DNA of 30,592 nt from Thermoplasmatota archaeon (GCA_029762535.1 JARVGK010000039.1:1-30592), one strand, 5' to 3'; shown: positions 9,937-19,745, counted from the first letter of the stretch. Made by a program: numbers and translations. The notes: generated by a model from the sequence alone, not told the origin.

Positions 9937-11286
9937 ATGAGGCATGTCCAATTGTTCCCGGTCTTGATCCTGCTCCTGACATTCCTTCTCTATTCCGAGG
10001 GAGGTGATGCGGCGATTTCCGATGATGGACTTGTGCTACATTACGACTTCGAGGAGTTCACCTCCGGATCGGATACGGTTCAGGATATGAGCGGGAACGG
10101 TAACCACGGCGATATCGTGGGATCGCCCGATATCGTGGAGGATTCTGTGATCGGCAGGGGTATCGGGTTCGACCTCTCCGAGGGGATCTCCGTAAGGAAC
10201 GCGACCGATCTGAGGGGGTCCTTCACCATATCGATGTGGATCTCCCCGGAGAAGGAGCCTGTGAGGACCTACATGGGGATCATCGACGACGGTTATGCAG
10301 CTAATGGCGTCTTCCACCGCATCCTGCTGGGGGACGATGGCGGATGGGTCGAGGGAGCTCTGCTGACCCAGTTCCACGGGAACTTCTTCTCCTCCTCCGG
10401 AGTGGTATGGGATGCCTGGAACCACATCGTCTACGTCTATGACGAGGATGCGAACCTGCAGACATACTACATCAACGGGATCATGTCGGGTTCGATTGCA
10501 GGGTCCAGGCGAGATTGCATGATGGACGGGGACTTGATCCTCATCGGTGCCGTATACGACGAGAGGTACTCCTTCTTCGGGATGATGGACGAGATCCGGA
10601 TCTACGACAGGGCGCTTCCCAAGGAAGCGGTCCTCGACCTGACAAGGATGGGTATGGAGATCGCGGAGTATCATTTCGAGGTGGAGGTGCTCATATCCGA
10701 GCTGAGGATGGTTCCCGGGGAGAAGGGGCCTTTCGATCTCTTCTTGGTGACGAACCTCTCGGGTGAGAGCATTGTCGAGGTCTCATTGACCAATCGGCTA
10801 TGGCTCCAAGGCCAAGGGATCGATGTCGAGCTGGACCAGGATTATATGTATATGTATCCTGGGGAGAGCTGGAGGGTGTCCGCTATCATCGAGGTGGACC
10901 TTGATAATGCACTGGACACCTATCCCCTCTCGTTCGAGATCGTATCACGGGACATCGATACGGGGAACACCACTTCACGGTCCGTGCTTATCGATGTTTC
11001 GGTCGAGGACCATATGGTCCCGTGGGATCTGTTGTTATGCCTGATCGTGCCCGTGGTCGCCCTCATTTCTATCCTGATCATTCTCTTCGTGATCTTGATC
11101 CTTGTTCTGGTAAGGGTGGGAACCAGGAAGGAAACCCCATCTACAGTTGAGCCGATGTGGAACCCGCCTTTAAAAAGGGAGGGATGGGATCGTTCCAGGG
11201 TGGAGCCGACCTGGAACCCGCCTCCGGAAAGGGTGGAGGGTTTGAACGATCGACCCAGAGTGCTGGAGCCTCCTCCATCGGAGTAA
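9937..11286 (+). CDS. Secreted, membrane-anchored LamG-like domain protein with an Ig-like stalk and a Pro-rich cytoplasmic tail
   Basis: Signal peptide from ATG 9937 (MRHVQLFPVLILLLTFLLY), with TTTAAGTA about 26 bp upstream. Motifs GLVLHYDFEE, DMSGNGNHG, FTISMWI, WNHIVYVYD and FFGMMDEIRIYDRAL. C-terminal TM helix. Confidence 0.85.
   Translation: MRHVQLFPVLILLLTFLLYSEGGDAAISDDGLVLHYDFEEFTSGSDTVQDMSGNGNHGDIVGSPDIVEDSVIGRGIGFDLSEGISVRNATDLRGSFTISMWISPEKEPVRTYMGIIDDGYAANGVFHRILLGDDGGWVEGALLTQFHGNFFSSSGVVWDAWNHIVYVYDEDANLQTYYINGIMSGSIAGSRRDCMMDGDLILIGAVYDERYSFFGMMDEIRIYDRALPKEAVLDLTRMGMEIAEYHFEVEVLISELRMVPGEKGPFDLFLVTNLSGESIVEVSLTNRLWLQGQGIDVELDQDYMYMYPGESWRVSAIIEVDLDNALDTYPLSFEIVSRDIDTGNTTSRSVLIDVSVEDHMVPWDLLLCLIVPVVALISILIILFVILILVLVRVGTRKETPSTVEPMWNPPLKREGWDRSRVEPTWNPPPERVEGLNDRPRVLEPPPSE
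11146..11283 (+). repeat. Degenerate intragenic tandem repeat (~54-60 bp unit) encoding VEPxWNPP...
   Basis: GAGCCGATGTGGAACCCGCCT and GAGCCGACCTGGAACCCGCCT, plus a third partial unit. Protein: VEPMWNPPLKREGWDRSR / VEPTWNPPPERVEGLNDRPR / VLEPPPSE. Confidence 0.75.
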
Positions 11287-11310
11287 GTACCGATAGGTTC
11301 TTTCTACTGT

Positions 11311-11520
11311 ATGTATGGATCCTACAGTATCATGATCCCTTATGCGGGCGATTACACTCTGACCGCGTATGCCGATGGGTACCGTTCTTCCGCGGGGATC
11401 GTTAGAATTTCCGAGGATGTCGTATTGAAGGACATGGAAATGGGGAGGGCAAGGGTCCCTCTACTCTATCGTATCCTTTATACCATCCTGGAATTTCTGG
11501 GATCGATGTTCTATGGATGA
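11311..11520 (+). pseudogene. Probable C-terminal remnant of a carboxypeptidase-regulatory-like domain surface protein
   Basis: GSYSIMIPYAGDYTLTAYADGY matches the GxYxLxxxxxGY pattern of this domain. It is followed by a short hydrophobic tail, and the N-terminal half is absent. Confidence 0.5.
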
Positions 11521-11541
11521 ATTACATCTGCCATGACCATC

Positions 11542-12593
11542 TCACCTGCGATGCTTATGCCTGTGGTGAATATCCGGCATATGCGAATGGGAGTGTATCG
11601 TTCTGCCGTGATGATGCGGATGGTAATGGGATCCCATCTCCGTCCCATGTTCATGTCCATGATGTCCGTCGGAATGATCGTGATGGTGGTCGTGGTCCAA
11701 TTCCTCATGCTCGTGAATATGTCGATGGGACTCCCTGAACAGCAGGGCCAAACCCACGACCATCAACGGAAGGGATATCACGAACTGCAATGAGGGAGTA
11801 TCCATGAATATGGCTATAGATAGAACGACACCGACGAACGGGGATACCGCGAACAGCGTCCCGGTCCTGGCGGAGCCGACCTTTCTCAACGACAGCATGT
11901 AGAGGACGAGGCTGAGGCCGTAGGCGGCCCCCTTGAGGACCGATCCAAGGCCCAGGAAAAGGACCGAAGGGGGATCCCATGCCCGAGGACCAATGAGAGG
12001 GCAAGGGAGAAGGTCCCCGCAACGAGGCCTTTAACCATGACCACGTAGGTGGGGTCCGACCCGGAAATGTTCCGGGAGAGGTTGTTGTCAAGCCCCCAGA
12101 AAACGCAGGAGAGGATTATGAGAAGGGCGCCGGGCGATAGCATCAGCCTCTCCGACGGATCTATCGTCAGGACGATGGACCCTGCGGTGAACAGGACAAC
12201 GACCAGGGAGGTCCGCTTCCCTATGTGCTCCCTGAACACCGTTGCGGCCAGGAGTACGGTCGCGACCGCCTCGAAGTTCAAGAGGAGAGAGGTCTCCGCT
12301 GCGGAACTCGTTGAAAGCCCCACAAGGAGCGAGATCGGCGCCAGTATGCCACCGAATATTATGGATCCAACGAGCGAGAGATTGCCTTTCCTGCCGAGGA
12401 GGGGCCTGGGGTATCCCGATCCGGATAGGCTCCGGACGCCTCTGTACACGAGGAGGCAAAGACCTGCCCCCAGATAGAGAGTCCCTGCGAGCTGCAGAGG
12501 CGATATCCTGTCCAGGAATAATTTCGATATCGGCGTGCTCGAACCGAAGAGGACCGCCGCCGCGATCCCGAACAGGAGGGGGTGTACTTTCAT
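11542..12593 (-). pseudogene. EamA/DMT-family transporter with a His-rich C-terminal tail, frameshifted
   Basis: Two overlapping ORFs (11886-12608 and 11542-11898) together give a complete DMT protein: AAVLFGSSTPISK, LLLNFEAVAT, WGLDNNLSRNIS, YGLSLVLYMLSLRKVGSART and HRHIHEHEELDHDHHHDH...HMPDIHHRHKH. The frame can be restored by one base at the G5 run 11969-11973. Confidence 0.82.
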
Positions 12594-12689
12594 TATGGGA
12601 GGCCACATCCTTCTTTTCGGTATTAATCCTATTTCCTGTCTGGATCATACACCCAAGACTCACCATGGGGATCCGGATCGAGGGGATCC

Positions 12690-13076
12690 GGGACTCGATT
12701 TGTGGATTTGATCTTCCCACGCTCTTCAAGATCCCTCTGGTAAGGGAAATTATCATCCTGGTGATAAGGATCGTCCCCTCCGGAGTAGGGGAGAAAACGT
12801 CTCTCATGAATTGGGCCTCCGCTTCATGAACGGTCACATCGGCTCCTGTTTCCTTCTTCAATGTTTTCAGTGATCCGGTATGATCGATATGGGTATGGGT
12901 CAGAAAAATTACCTTGATATCCGAAGGATCCGATCCATTCCTTTCCATCATTTTCAGTATCTTTTCCGAACCACCTTTTCTTCCGGCATCAACAAGCAGG
13001 GATGAAATTCCATTGACCACAATATCGACATTAGATGCTCCTTTGTCGATCCTGTGCAGACCTTTCCTTGATCCAT
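12690..13076 (-). pseudogene. N-terminal half of an MBL-fold metallo-hydrolase (truncated)
   Basis: LLVDAG and IFLTHTHIDHTGSL (HxHxDH) motifs plus VTVHEAEA. The downstream HTPGH and D motifs are missing. Similarity is lost at a GGATCC cluster near 12669-12690. Confidence 0.72.
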
Positions 13077-13350
13077 ATTCATCACCGAAGTTTACCGATC
13101 GGGGAAAAACTCTTCCCTTCCCTGAAATGCTTTGAAAGAGGACGTGCGCCTTCTTCCACCCCATATCGGGGAGATCGGTATGAGAGTGAGGTTCATTGTG
13201 AATTCTTCAAGGTCCTTTGACATTATTGTATTACTGAGCGGTGTCCCATCGGACGAACCACCCTGTGAACATATGATACCTGTCGCAAAAAGACAAATAT
13301 AAAGAAAGCAATCCTTGATCGGGTCAATGGGTGTACATGGGGGAACAAAT

Positions 13351-13962
13351 ATGAAATATATGGCAATATTTGGCGGGTTATTGTGTGTCATGATCGGAAT
13401 ATTCTTTTTCGGTTCGGTGAGTGCTGCGATGGATTACAGTGATTCGATCACCGATCCGACAGGGGACCTGACGGGTTCACATAACGACGACATCGATATA
13501 ACACTGGTCGAATCATCAAGGATCGGAGATGAGATCGTTTTCGAGATCACTGTCGTTGGAGAGTTCAATAGCATGGTCACAAACATCAATTTCTTTGCTG
13601 ACGGAGAGAAGTATCTGATATCTGACTCCAACATGACCGGCACGTCAAGCCCTCTTTTTATGGGGCCTGACAATGAGATCCTGACGGAGCCGACAGTCAA
13701 TGTGTCCGGTTCTGTGGGCAGGTACTCCATCCCCGAGTCCGATGTTCAAGCATTGACTTCCTTCCGGATAGGGGAGGTCACACTTACGGATGAAAATTCA
13801 TCGGTAGATTTCGTCGGGTCCAACGATATAACCGATGACGATGATACAACCGACGATGACAAGGAAGATGACGAGAGCGAAGAATCTCCCGGTTTCGGAA
13901 TCATGGTCATGGTTGCAGCCGTTATCATTGTAGGTGCTGTCCTTTTCAGAAAGAGAGAATGA
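13351..13962 (+). CDS. Secreted cell-surface protein with a PGF-CTERM (archaeosortase A-type) sorting signal
   Basis: Signal peptide MKYMAIFGGLLCVMIGIFFFGSVSA. ITDPTGD...DIDIT motif. Acidic Asp/Thr linker, then SPGFG, a hydrophobic helix and RKRE. Confidence 0.85.
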   Translation: MKYMAIFGGLLCVMIGIFFFGSVSAAMDYSDSITDPTGDLTGSHNDDIDITLVESSRIGDEIVFEITVVGEFNSMVTNINFFADGEKYLISDSNMTGTSSPLFMGPDNEILTEPTVNVSGSVGRYSIPESDVQALTSFRIGEVTLTDENSSVDFVGSNDITDDDDTTDDDKEDDESEESPGFGIMVMVAAVIIVGAVLFRKRE

Positions 13963-14123
13963 GAGGGTCCGGAGGTTCCTGAAGGGATCGTGATTTTCTC
14001 CCCTCGGGGGAGCCATCTGGTTTAAGCTGGATTTTCTTTTTATATAATTCAGGATTATCCTGGTTAAAAGTGAATTTGAGTTAAGGAATAGTAAGGTTTT
14101 TATCCGAGTCCCCCTTTATATAA

Positions 14124-15314
14124 ATGATGTATGTTCAGAGGGATCTCAGTGATCGGTTCCGGATGCTTTCCGATGCTATCAACATCATAGCATTGGTCGG
14201 TCCGAGACAGTGTGGAAAGACGACCTTTCTGAAACATATCTCAAAGGATATGGATGCCGGATACGTCACTTTCGACGATCCGGATGTCCGGTCTATATTC
14301 GAAGACGTGAAATCATTCGAGGGGGAATATGTGGTGGGGAATGGAATAACCATTCTCGACGAGGTCCAGTACGGCTCCGATCCCGGGATCAAGCTTAAAT
14401 ATCTGGCAGACCGCGGTCATAGATTGTGGATCACATCCTCATCCGAGATCCTGTTGTCGAAGGATGTCCTCTCATATCTCGTCGGTCGCGTCTCCATATT
14501 GAGGCTCTATCCTTTCAATCTCAATGAGATGGGCAGGGCCAGAGGCCACGGGATCCTAACTGAGGATATCGAGAGAAGGCTCGTAACCGAGCATCTACGT
14601 TTCGGGGGATATCCCGGGATCGTCACCCAGGATAACAACATTGTGAAGGTGGAACTTCTAAAGAGCCTCAACGAGACCCTTCTCCTCAAGGACATATCCA
14701 GGGCTTTCGCGATAGAGGACCTCGATGCCATGCAAAGGCTCTTGAGATATCTGGCATGGAACTCGGGTTCGGCAATGGCCATAGACGGCATCTCCTCCGA
14801 TCTGGGCATCTCCTTCCAGACCGTCAAGAAGTATATCGATGCTCTGTTCAAGAGCTATCTGATCATAGCCGTTCCCCCTTACTTCACGAACAAGGGCCTG
14901 GAGATAGTGAAGCAATCCCGATATTTCTTCCTCGATCAGGGTTTGAAGAATGGCATCATCAACGATCTCCCGCTCTTCCCGGAAGGCAGGGCGTTTGAGA
15001 ACTACATCGTATCCGAGCTCTACAAGGCGGGTTTCCGACCGAAGTACTGGAGGTCCAAGGGCGGGGCCGAGGTCGACATCGTCCTCGAGATCGGCAGGGA
15101 TGTAATCCCCATCGAGGTGAAGCTAACACTTGAGAGGATGAAAGTGGAAAGAAGTATGAGATCTTTCATTGACAAATATTCGCCGGATCGGGCTTTCATC
15201 GTACGGTACAAGGGCATCAAGGAAAGCATGGTGATCGGAAGCTGCAGGGTGGACTGCCTCGGTCCATCCTCTCTCATACGGGAACTGAAAAAAATCGGAT
15301 GCCTCGATCCGTGA
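14124..15314 (+). CDS. AAA+ ATPase (AAA_14 + DUF4143 type) with a C-terminal PD-(D/E)xK-like domain
   Basis: Walker A GPRQCGKT, Walker B LDEVQ, LVGR, LYPF, FGGYP, GRAFENYI and YWRSKGGAEVDIV...IPIEVK. Confidence 0.92.
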   Translation: MMYVQRDLSDRFRMLSDAINIIALVGPRQCGKTTFLKHISKDMDAGYVTFDDPDVRSIFEDVKSFEGEYVVGNGITILDEVQYGSDPGIKLKYLADRGHRLWITSSSEILLSKDVLSYLVGRVSILRLYPFNLNEMGRARGHGILTEDIERRLVTEHLRFGGYPGIVTQDNNIVKVELLKSLNETLLLKDISRAFAIEDLDAMQRLLRYLAWNSGSAMAIDGISSDLGISFQTVKKYIDALFKSYLIIAVPPYFTNKGLEIVKQSRYFFLDQGLKNGIINDLPLFPEGRAFENYIVSELYKAGFRPKYWRSKGGAEVDIVLEIGRDVIPIEVKLTLERMKVERSMRSFIDKYSPDRAFIVRYKGIKESMVIGSCRVDCLGPSSLIRELKKIGCLDP

Positions 15315-15413
15315 GTATGATGAACGATCGACTTTTTGCATCGTCCGCTTTCTTTGAAGAGAGGATGTTGAGTCCTACGGGGATCCCCTCACGGACCTTG
15401 TTCTCCACCTCGA

Positions 15414-16916
15414 TCAACACCGGCGGTAATGAACGATATTTGTCAGAGGCCATTTACCGATGTCCCTGCCATGCTTCCGACATGAAGTATCAATGATCAT
15501 ATACGTCCCGGGATGCGCTTTGAGGTCGTAGCGGACCTCTGCTGTGTCGGGGAAATGGAACCTCTCGAGTAGCTTTCTATTATCGCCGTTCCTCCCGACG
15601 ATATCCTTCAGATGAAGTGATGCAATACCTTCCGGAAAGATGGCTACTATCCCCGGGTCACTACCAGAATGTACGGCTATCCGATGTCTTCCATGTTCGT
15701 AAAGGGACCAGTCCCCGTCCCTTTCAAGCAGCTTGTAGGATCGAGGTACATGCACGGGACCTGCGGAAACGGCGAAACGGTGATGGACGCCGGTGTTGTT
15801 GGGCCTCCTGAGCATCCTGTCGGGTAGGCCCAGATGGATGACATCGTCCAGATGTCTTTTGCCGTCATCAAAGAGGACCGTTATTGGTCGTATGACCTCT
15901 TCCGAGAAAAAATTGCACCTGCACCCTCCGGCGCTTATGAGATGGCCCCGACCCCGGGAATAGATCTCGGGCGATCTGTTCGTGCCGTGCCCTATCATGA
16001 CCAACGCCTCTTTGCCCGGACCCATCAGTACATCCAGGACCTCTCCCGGAAGGTCGTAAGGAAGGACCGATGCCATCAGTGCATGTTCGGCCCCGGACGT
16101 TATCATCCGGTCACTGACGTCGATGCCCCCCCTGGAGGCCCAGACCTTCATCATCACGGTATGATAGTCCTTGTCCAGGTAGCCGTCGCCCGCATGGTCC
16201 CTCCTCCTGTTGAAGGGAGGATACCTCCTGAAGAGTAGGCTGCCGTAGGAATAGTGGAGGTTCGTTCTGTCAAGGAGATCCCTGGAGGCCTTGGACACCC
16301 CGGTCCCCCCGAAGGACGAGAGCATTAGAAGAGCTGTCAACGTGTATCCCGTGTAAGGTTGTGAATTGAACTCCTTCAACCCTTTTTTCGCCTTCTCCAC
16401 CAGGTGTCCAGCCAACCACCGCTCGAGTGCGATTGAACCCGGGGAACTCTCATCTCCCTTATGGAGAATTGACCACCTTCCCTTCAGATACCTGCACCCC
16501 TCCATCATGAGGATGTGGTTCTCCGTTTCACCCTTGAGCCCGAGCGATCCGGGGGTTTTCAGGCTTCCCCTCGTTCCGGAGAGGACCAGGAGCTTCCCGA
16601 GGATGTGCTCCCTGGTCTTCGGGAACAGGATGTCATCTTTTTCCCCGAAGAGGTAGAGGATGACCGTTAACGGGACCATCGAGAAGTCGTGATCCCCCCT
16701 GTGCAGGATCCAATCCGTACCTGCCCCGGCCATCGGGAGAGCGTGTAGAAGGTAATTGTTGACCTCTTCGATATCCTTACCCAGCACCAGTTTGGCAAGG
16801 CATACCCTGGGAGCATTGACCTTCCATTCCCTCTTCCAGTCGGGGAGGTCCATGAATGCCCAACGTGACTGGACCTCGTTCAGGTCCAATGGAAGGTCGG
16901 GGCCGCCCCGGGTCAT
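15414..16916 (-). CDS. Conserved hypothetical protein, possibly an alpha/alpha-toroid (lyase-like) fold
   Basis: 500-aa open frame with protein-like motifs ETENHILMM and EFNSQPYTGYTLTALL. The frame stays open about 36 codons further upstream without an ATG, so the start is uncertain. Function not assignable. Confidence 0.7.
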   Translation of the reverse strand: MTRGGPDLPLDLNEVQSRWAFMDLPDWKREWKVNAPRVCLAKLVLGKDIEEVNNYLLHALPMAGAGTDWILHRGDHDFSMVPLTVILYLFGEKDDILFPKTREHILGKLLVLSGTRGSLKTPGSLGLKGETENHILMMEGCRYLKGRWSILHKGDESSPGSIALERWLAGHLVEKAKKGLKEFNSQPYTGYTLTALLMLSSFGGTGVSKASRDLLDRTNLHYSYGSLLFRRYPPFNRRRDHAGDGYLDKDYHTVMMKVWASRGGIDVSDRMITSGAEHALMASVLPYDLPGEVLDVLMGPGKEALVMIGHGTNRSPEIYSRGRGHLISAGGCRCNFFSEEVIRPITVLFDDGKRHLDDVIHLGLPDRMLRRPNNTGVHHRFAVSAGPVHVPRSYKLLERDGDWSLYEHGRHRIAVHSGSDPGIVAIFPEGIASLHLKDIVGRNGDNRKLLERFHFPDTAEVRYDLKAHPGTYMIIDTSCRKHGRDIGKWPLTNIVHYRRC

Positions 16917-17060
16917 GAGGGGGGATTCGAGTCTTACCTCAATATTGTTTGCAGTGGCATGACTTCTCTGAACCTGGTCGAGATAGAATCGTTTAATGGT
17001 CCGTGTCGTTCTTTGTAGTGCCCTCTATTCTTATGCCTCCAACCTACCTGTCAAGAATTC

Positions 17061-17164
17061 GGATACCAACCTTGAATTGAGGAATATCGAAACATGAAGG
17101 GGATCCCGCACCTCGTTGGGGGATCCTCGGTCGTAAAGACCCCACACAGTGAGGATCCCTTCGC
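17061..17164 (+). repeat. GGATCC-bounded dispersed repeat, copy R0 (degenerate core plus shared right extension)
   Basis: CAC(C/T)TCGTTGGGGGATCCTCGGTCGTAAAGACxCCAyACArTGAGGATCCCTTCGC is shared with ~21858-21913. The upstream part is a degenerate version of the core. Confidence 0.75.
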
Positions 17165-17339
17165 CCTTCTCATCAAAGACCAGGATATGGGGAAGACGTT
17201 CCGGACAAATACCCTGGGATGAGGCGGTTTTGTATGTGTTTCTCTGGAATTGTGTTTAAAAAAACCCAACACTATTCGGGTTCGGAACCAACGTTGAAAT
17301 AGATGACAAACCTTTTCGTATCCGGATGGTGGTGTAAGG

Positions 17340-18149
17340 ATGACATACCAGGCCGCTGATGGTTTCCGGGGAGGGGAGCCGTCGATAGGAGAGGCGTTCA
17401 GTTCGATGTTCAGGATCTACTTTTCGAACTTCTGGGAGTTTTTTGTATTGCTTCTGATCTTTCAATCCGTCATAGCACTCCTCAATATCATCAACGCGGG
17501 AATTACATTGTTCAACATACCTTTTATCGGGTTCATCTTCAACATCGGGACCGCTTTACTGGGGATCCTCCTGACAGCCGGTTTGATAGCAATGGCCGCA
17601 GAGGCGAGAATGAAGGGGTCCACAACGAGATCCAGAGCCTTCTCATTGATCGGAAAAAAGGCCCTTGCGATAATCGTGGTCAACATCATCGTCGGGTTGA
17701 TCATAATGATCGGCGTATGCCTTTGCATAATACCGGGTTTCTTTGCACTGGTCTATCTAATATGGGCGACTATAATCGTTGTGGTGGAAACCGCCGATAT
17801 TGGCGCATCAATTAAAATGAGCACCGATTTTGCCAAGAAGCACAGCCCCTACACGTTTATCCTGGCATATATCGGTGTGGCCATCCTTGTGTCTCTCTTT
17901 CAGGTCATGGTCCTGGGAGTGCCGCAGATGATAATGACATTTGGAGGTTTGGCCCTTTTCGGGTCCGGGGTCAGTATGGAAATGACGATATTTCTGATAA
18001 CTGTCATATCATCCGTGATCGCCATTCCGATCGTTTCCTTTTTCGGACCCTTTCTGCCGATATTCATCACGGATTATTATCTGCAGGCGATCGGCCCTCC
18101 GAGTGAGCCCATGCTCTCAGTCGAGAGGCGAGATTACGAGAGTGCTTAG
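17340..18149 (+). CDS. Multi-pass membrane protein (DUF975 / GDPD-membrane-domain-like)
   Basis: About 5-6 TM helices. The SIGEAF, CLCIIPG, VVVE...ASIKMS pattern is typical of this membrane-domain group. Confidence 0.78.
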   Translation: MTYQAADGFRGGEPSIGEAFSSMFRIYFSNFWEFFVLLLIFQSVIALLNIINAGITLFNIPFIGFIFNIGTALLGILLTAGLIAMAAEARMKGSTTRSRAFSLIGKKALAIIVVNIIVGLIIMIGVCLCIIPGFFALVYLIWATIIVVVETADIGASIKMSTDFAKKHSPYTFILAYIGVAILVSLFQVMVLGVPQMIMTFGGLALFGSGVSMEMTIFLITVISSVIAIPIVSFFGPFLPIFITDYYLQAIGPPSEPMLSVERRDYESA

Positions 18150-18323
18150 GATATCCGAACAGGGTCACAGTTCTTTGGGATCCCGACTTCGGGCATTTGG
18201 GAAAATGCCATCGGTCGATCCGGGTCTCTTGAGGGCAACAGGATCGAGACCCGGGACCTGCTGATAGTCTAAGCTATAATTTTAACAAAAGGTCTTTAAC
18301 ATCTTCTCATATTTCCGGTAGAT

Positions 18324-18740
18324 ATGCCCGGACCTGATTCCATCGTGGGGGACATGATCGCTCCCTGCGGGATGGACTGCGCCCTGTGCATGGCAGTCTC
18401 GAGGAAGAAGGATCCCTGTCCGGGATGCAGAGGTCCGGACGGGAGCAAGCCGAAATACTGCGTCTCCTGCAAGATGGTGGTATGCGAGAAGAGGGATAGC
18501 GATTTCTGTTTCACCTGCGACTCCTATCCCTGCAGGAGGATGAAGGACCTGGACAAGAGGTATAGGACCAAGTACTCCATGAGCATGATCGATAACCTCA
18601 AGACCATAAAAGAAGAGGGACTGGACAGGTTCATTGAAAAGGAGAGGGGGAGATGGATATGCGAAGGCTGCGGCGATCTGGTCTCGGTCCACAGGGACAA
18701 CTGCCTCAGCTGCGGATACAAATGGAGGAACAATGAATGA
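18324..18740 (+). CDS. DUF3795-family Cys-rich (metal-binding) protein
   Basis: APCGMDCALC, CPGC, CxxC...FCFTCDSYPC, SMIDNLKTIKEEGL and terminal CxxC...CxxC. Confidence 0.85.
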   Translation: MPGPDSIVGDMIAPCGMDCALCMAVSRKKDPCPGCRGPDGSKPKYCVSCKMVVCEKRDSDFCFTCDSYPCRRMKDLDKRYRTKYSMSMIDNLKTIKEEGLDRFIEKERGRWICEGCGDLVSVHRDNCLSCGYKWRNNE

Positions 18741-19177
18741 ATCCCGTCTTGAAGAAGTTGGGTTTCAAGGGCCAGGATCCCGTCCTTATCGTCGATGCTC
18801 CCCCGGAGTATGCCCCGATCCTCTCGGAGGTCCCGTCGGTGGTCCATAACGATCCCCGGGGGAGATACGGGTTCGTACAGTACTTCATCAGGAACCTCGA
18901 CTCAGTGAAGAGGGAAGCCCGGAGGATCGCAGGATCGCTTGAAGGGGACGGACACCTCTGGCTCTGCTATCCAAAGACCAGTTCCAGGAATTACAGGACC
19001 GATCTGACCCGGGATAACCTATGGTCGGTCCTTGGACCTTATGGATACGAACCAGTCACCCAGGTCTCCATCGACGATGACTGGTCGGCGATCCGATATC
19101 GTCACGTGGATCGGATCAGGAAGATGACCCGCAAGTTCGCAGCGACGGAGAAGGGTAAAGAAAGGATCGGACTTTGA
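18737..19177 (+). CDS. DUF3052-like hypothetical protein
   Basis: ATGA overlap with the upstream gene. VLKKLGFK, LWLCYPKTSS, DLTRD and VTQVSIDDDWSAIRYR motifs. Confidence 0.8.
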   Translation: MNPVLKKLGFKGQDPVLIVDAPPEYAPILSEVPSVVHNDPRGRYGFVQYFIRNLDSVKREARRIAGSLEGDGHLWLCYPKTSSRNYRTDLTRDNLWSVLGPYGYEPVTQVSIDDDWSAIRYRHVDRIRKMTRKFAATEKGKERIGL

Positions 19178-19228
19178 AAATATAAAAGTCCATCGTGTAC
19201 TTTATATCGATATCTTCCGATGGATATT
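19173..19228 (+). repeat. 56-bp duplicated intergenic segment (copy 1; copy 2 at 24490-24545)
   Basis: TTTGAAAATATAAAAGTCCATCGTGTACTTTATATCGAwATCTTCCGATGGATATT with one mismatch between copies. Contains the inverted arms TATAAA/TTTATA and CCATCG/CGATGG. Confidence 0.92.
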
Positions 19229-19297
19229 TATTAAAAATAGCAGAAAGTAATGTTATCCAGTATCATGTTTTTCTCTTTGGATCCCGATGGACGATCC

Positions 19298-19483
19298 ATG
19301 GCCTGGATCCTCATCCTCGGGAACTATTGTCAACGATGTGCAAATGATTTGAACAAGGACCGATCCTATCGAGGATATCATCGGATCCTCCACCGTCGAG
19401 ACCGTGTTCATCGATTACGAATATCTCAATGAGGTCCCCAAAGGGAATGCTATCGTCCGGATCGGATCCAGGATGAACATCTC
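19298..19483 (+). pseudogene. Degenerate 5' copy of the class I glutamine amidotransferase gene at 24618
   Basis: MAWILILGN vs MTRILVVGN. ETVFIDYEYLNEVPKG...GSRMNIS vs ETVTIGYDDLKGIPEG...GSRMNVS. Frameshifted, and ends at repeat R1. Confidence 0.8.
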
Positions 19484-19486
19484 TTA

Positions 19487-19546
19487 TGACCCCCTATTCT
19501 GGGGGAGGACGAAGAGAGCACTATTTCAAGGAGGACCCTCCACTTC
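19487..19546 (+). repeat. GGATCC-bounded dispersed repeat, copy R1
   Basis: GACCCCCTATTCTGGGGGAGGACGAAGAGAGCACTATTTCAAGGAGGACCCTCCACTTC aligns with the R3/R4/R5 core. Confidence 0.78.
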
Positions 19547-19554
19547 TCTGTGGA

Positions 19555-19695
19555 GGGTGGGATCCCCCTCCGGCCGCAGTATCCTTCAAGAGCCGAGATG
19601 GCTTCTATGATGTTCGATCCTGTCTCATCGCATCTTGGACAGGTCGATCCGTCCTTCATCTGCCTCTTCCAGTCGATCTCAAGGATCCGATCCAT
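19555..19695 (-). pseudogene. N-terminal fragment of a DUF2703 (thioredoxin-like CxxC) protein, truncated at repeat R1
   Basis: MDRILEIDWKRQMKDGSTCPRCDETGSNIIEAISALE matches the DUF2703 N-terminus. The frame then runs into repeat sequence. Confidence 0.68.
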
Positions 19696-19745
19696 GGAAG
19701 AACATCGTTTCGTGACGAAAGAGAGTTTTTCTGGAAGATACGGTC

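Noticed and set aside
12088-13164. 358-aa ORF as an intact MBL fusion protein
   Set aside because: Only ~125 aa resemble an MBL fold; the remainder is an off-frame read through the EamA gene.
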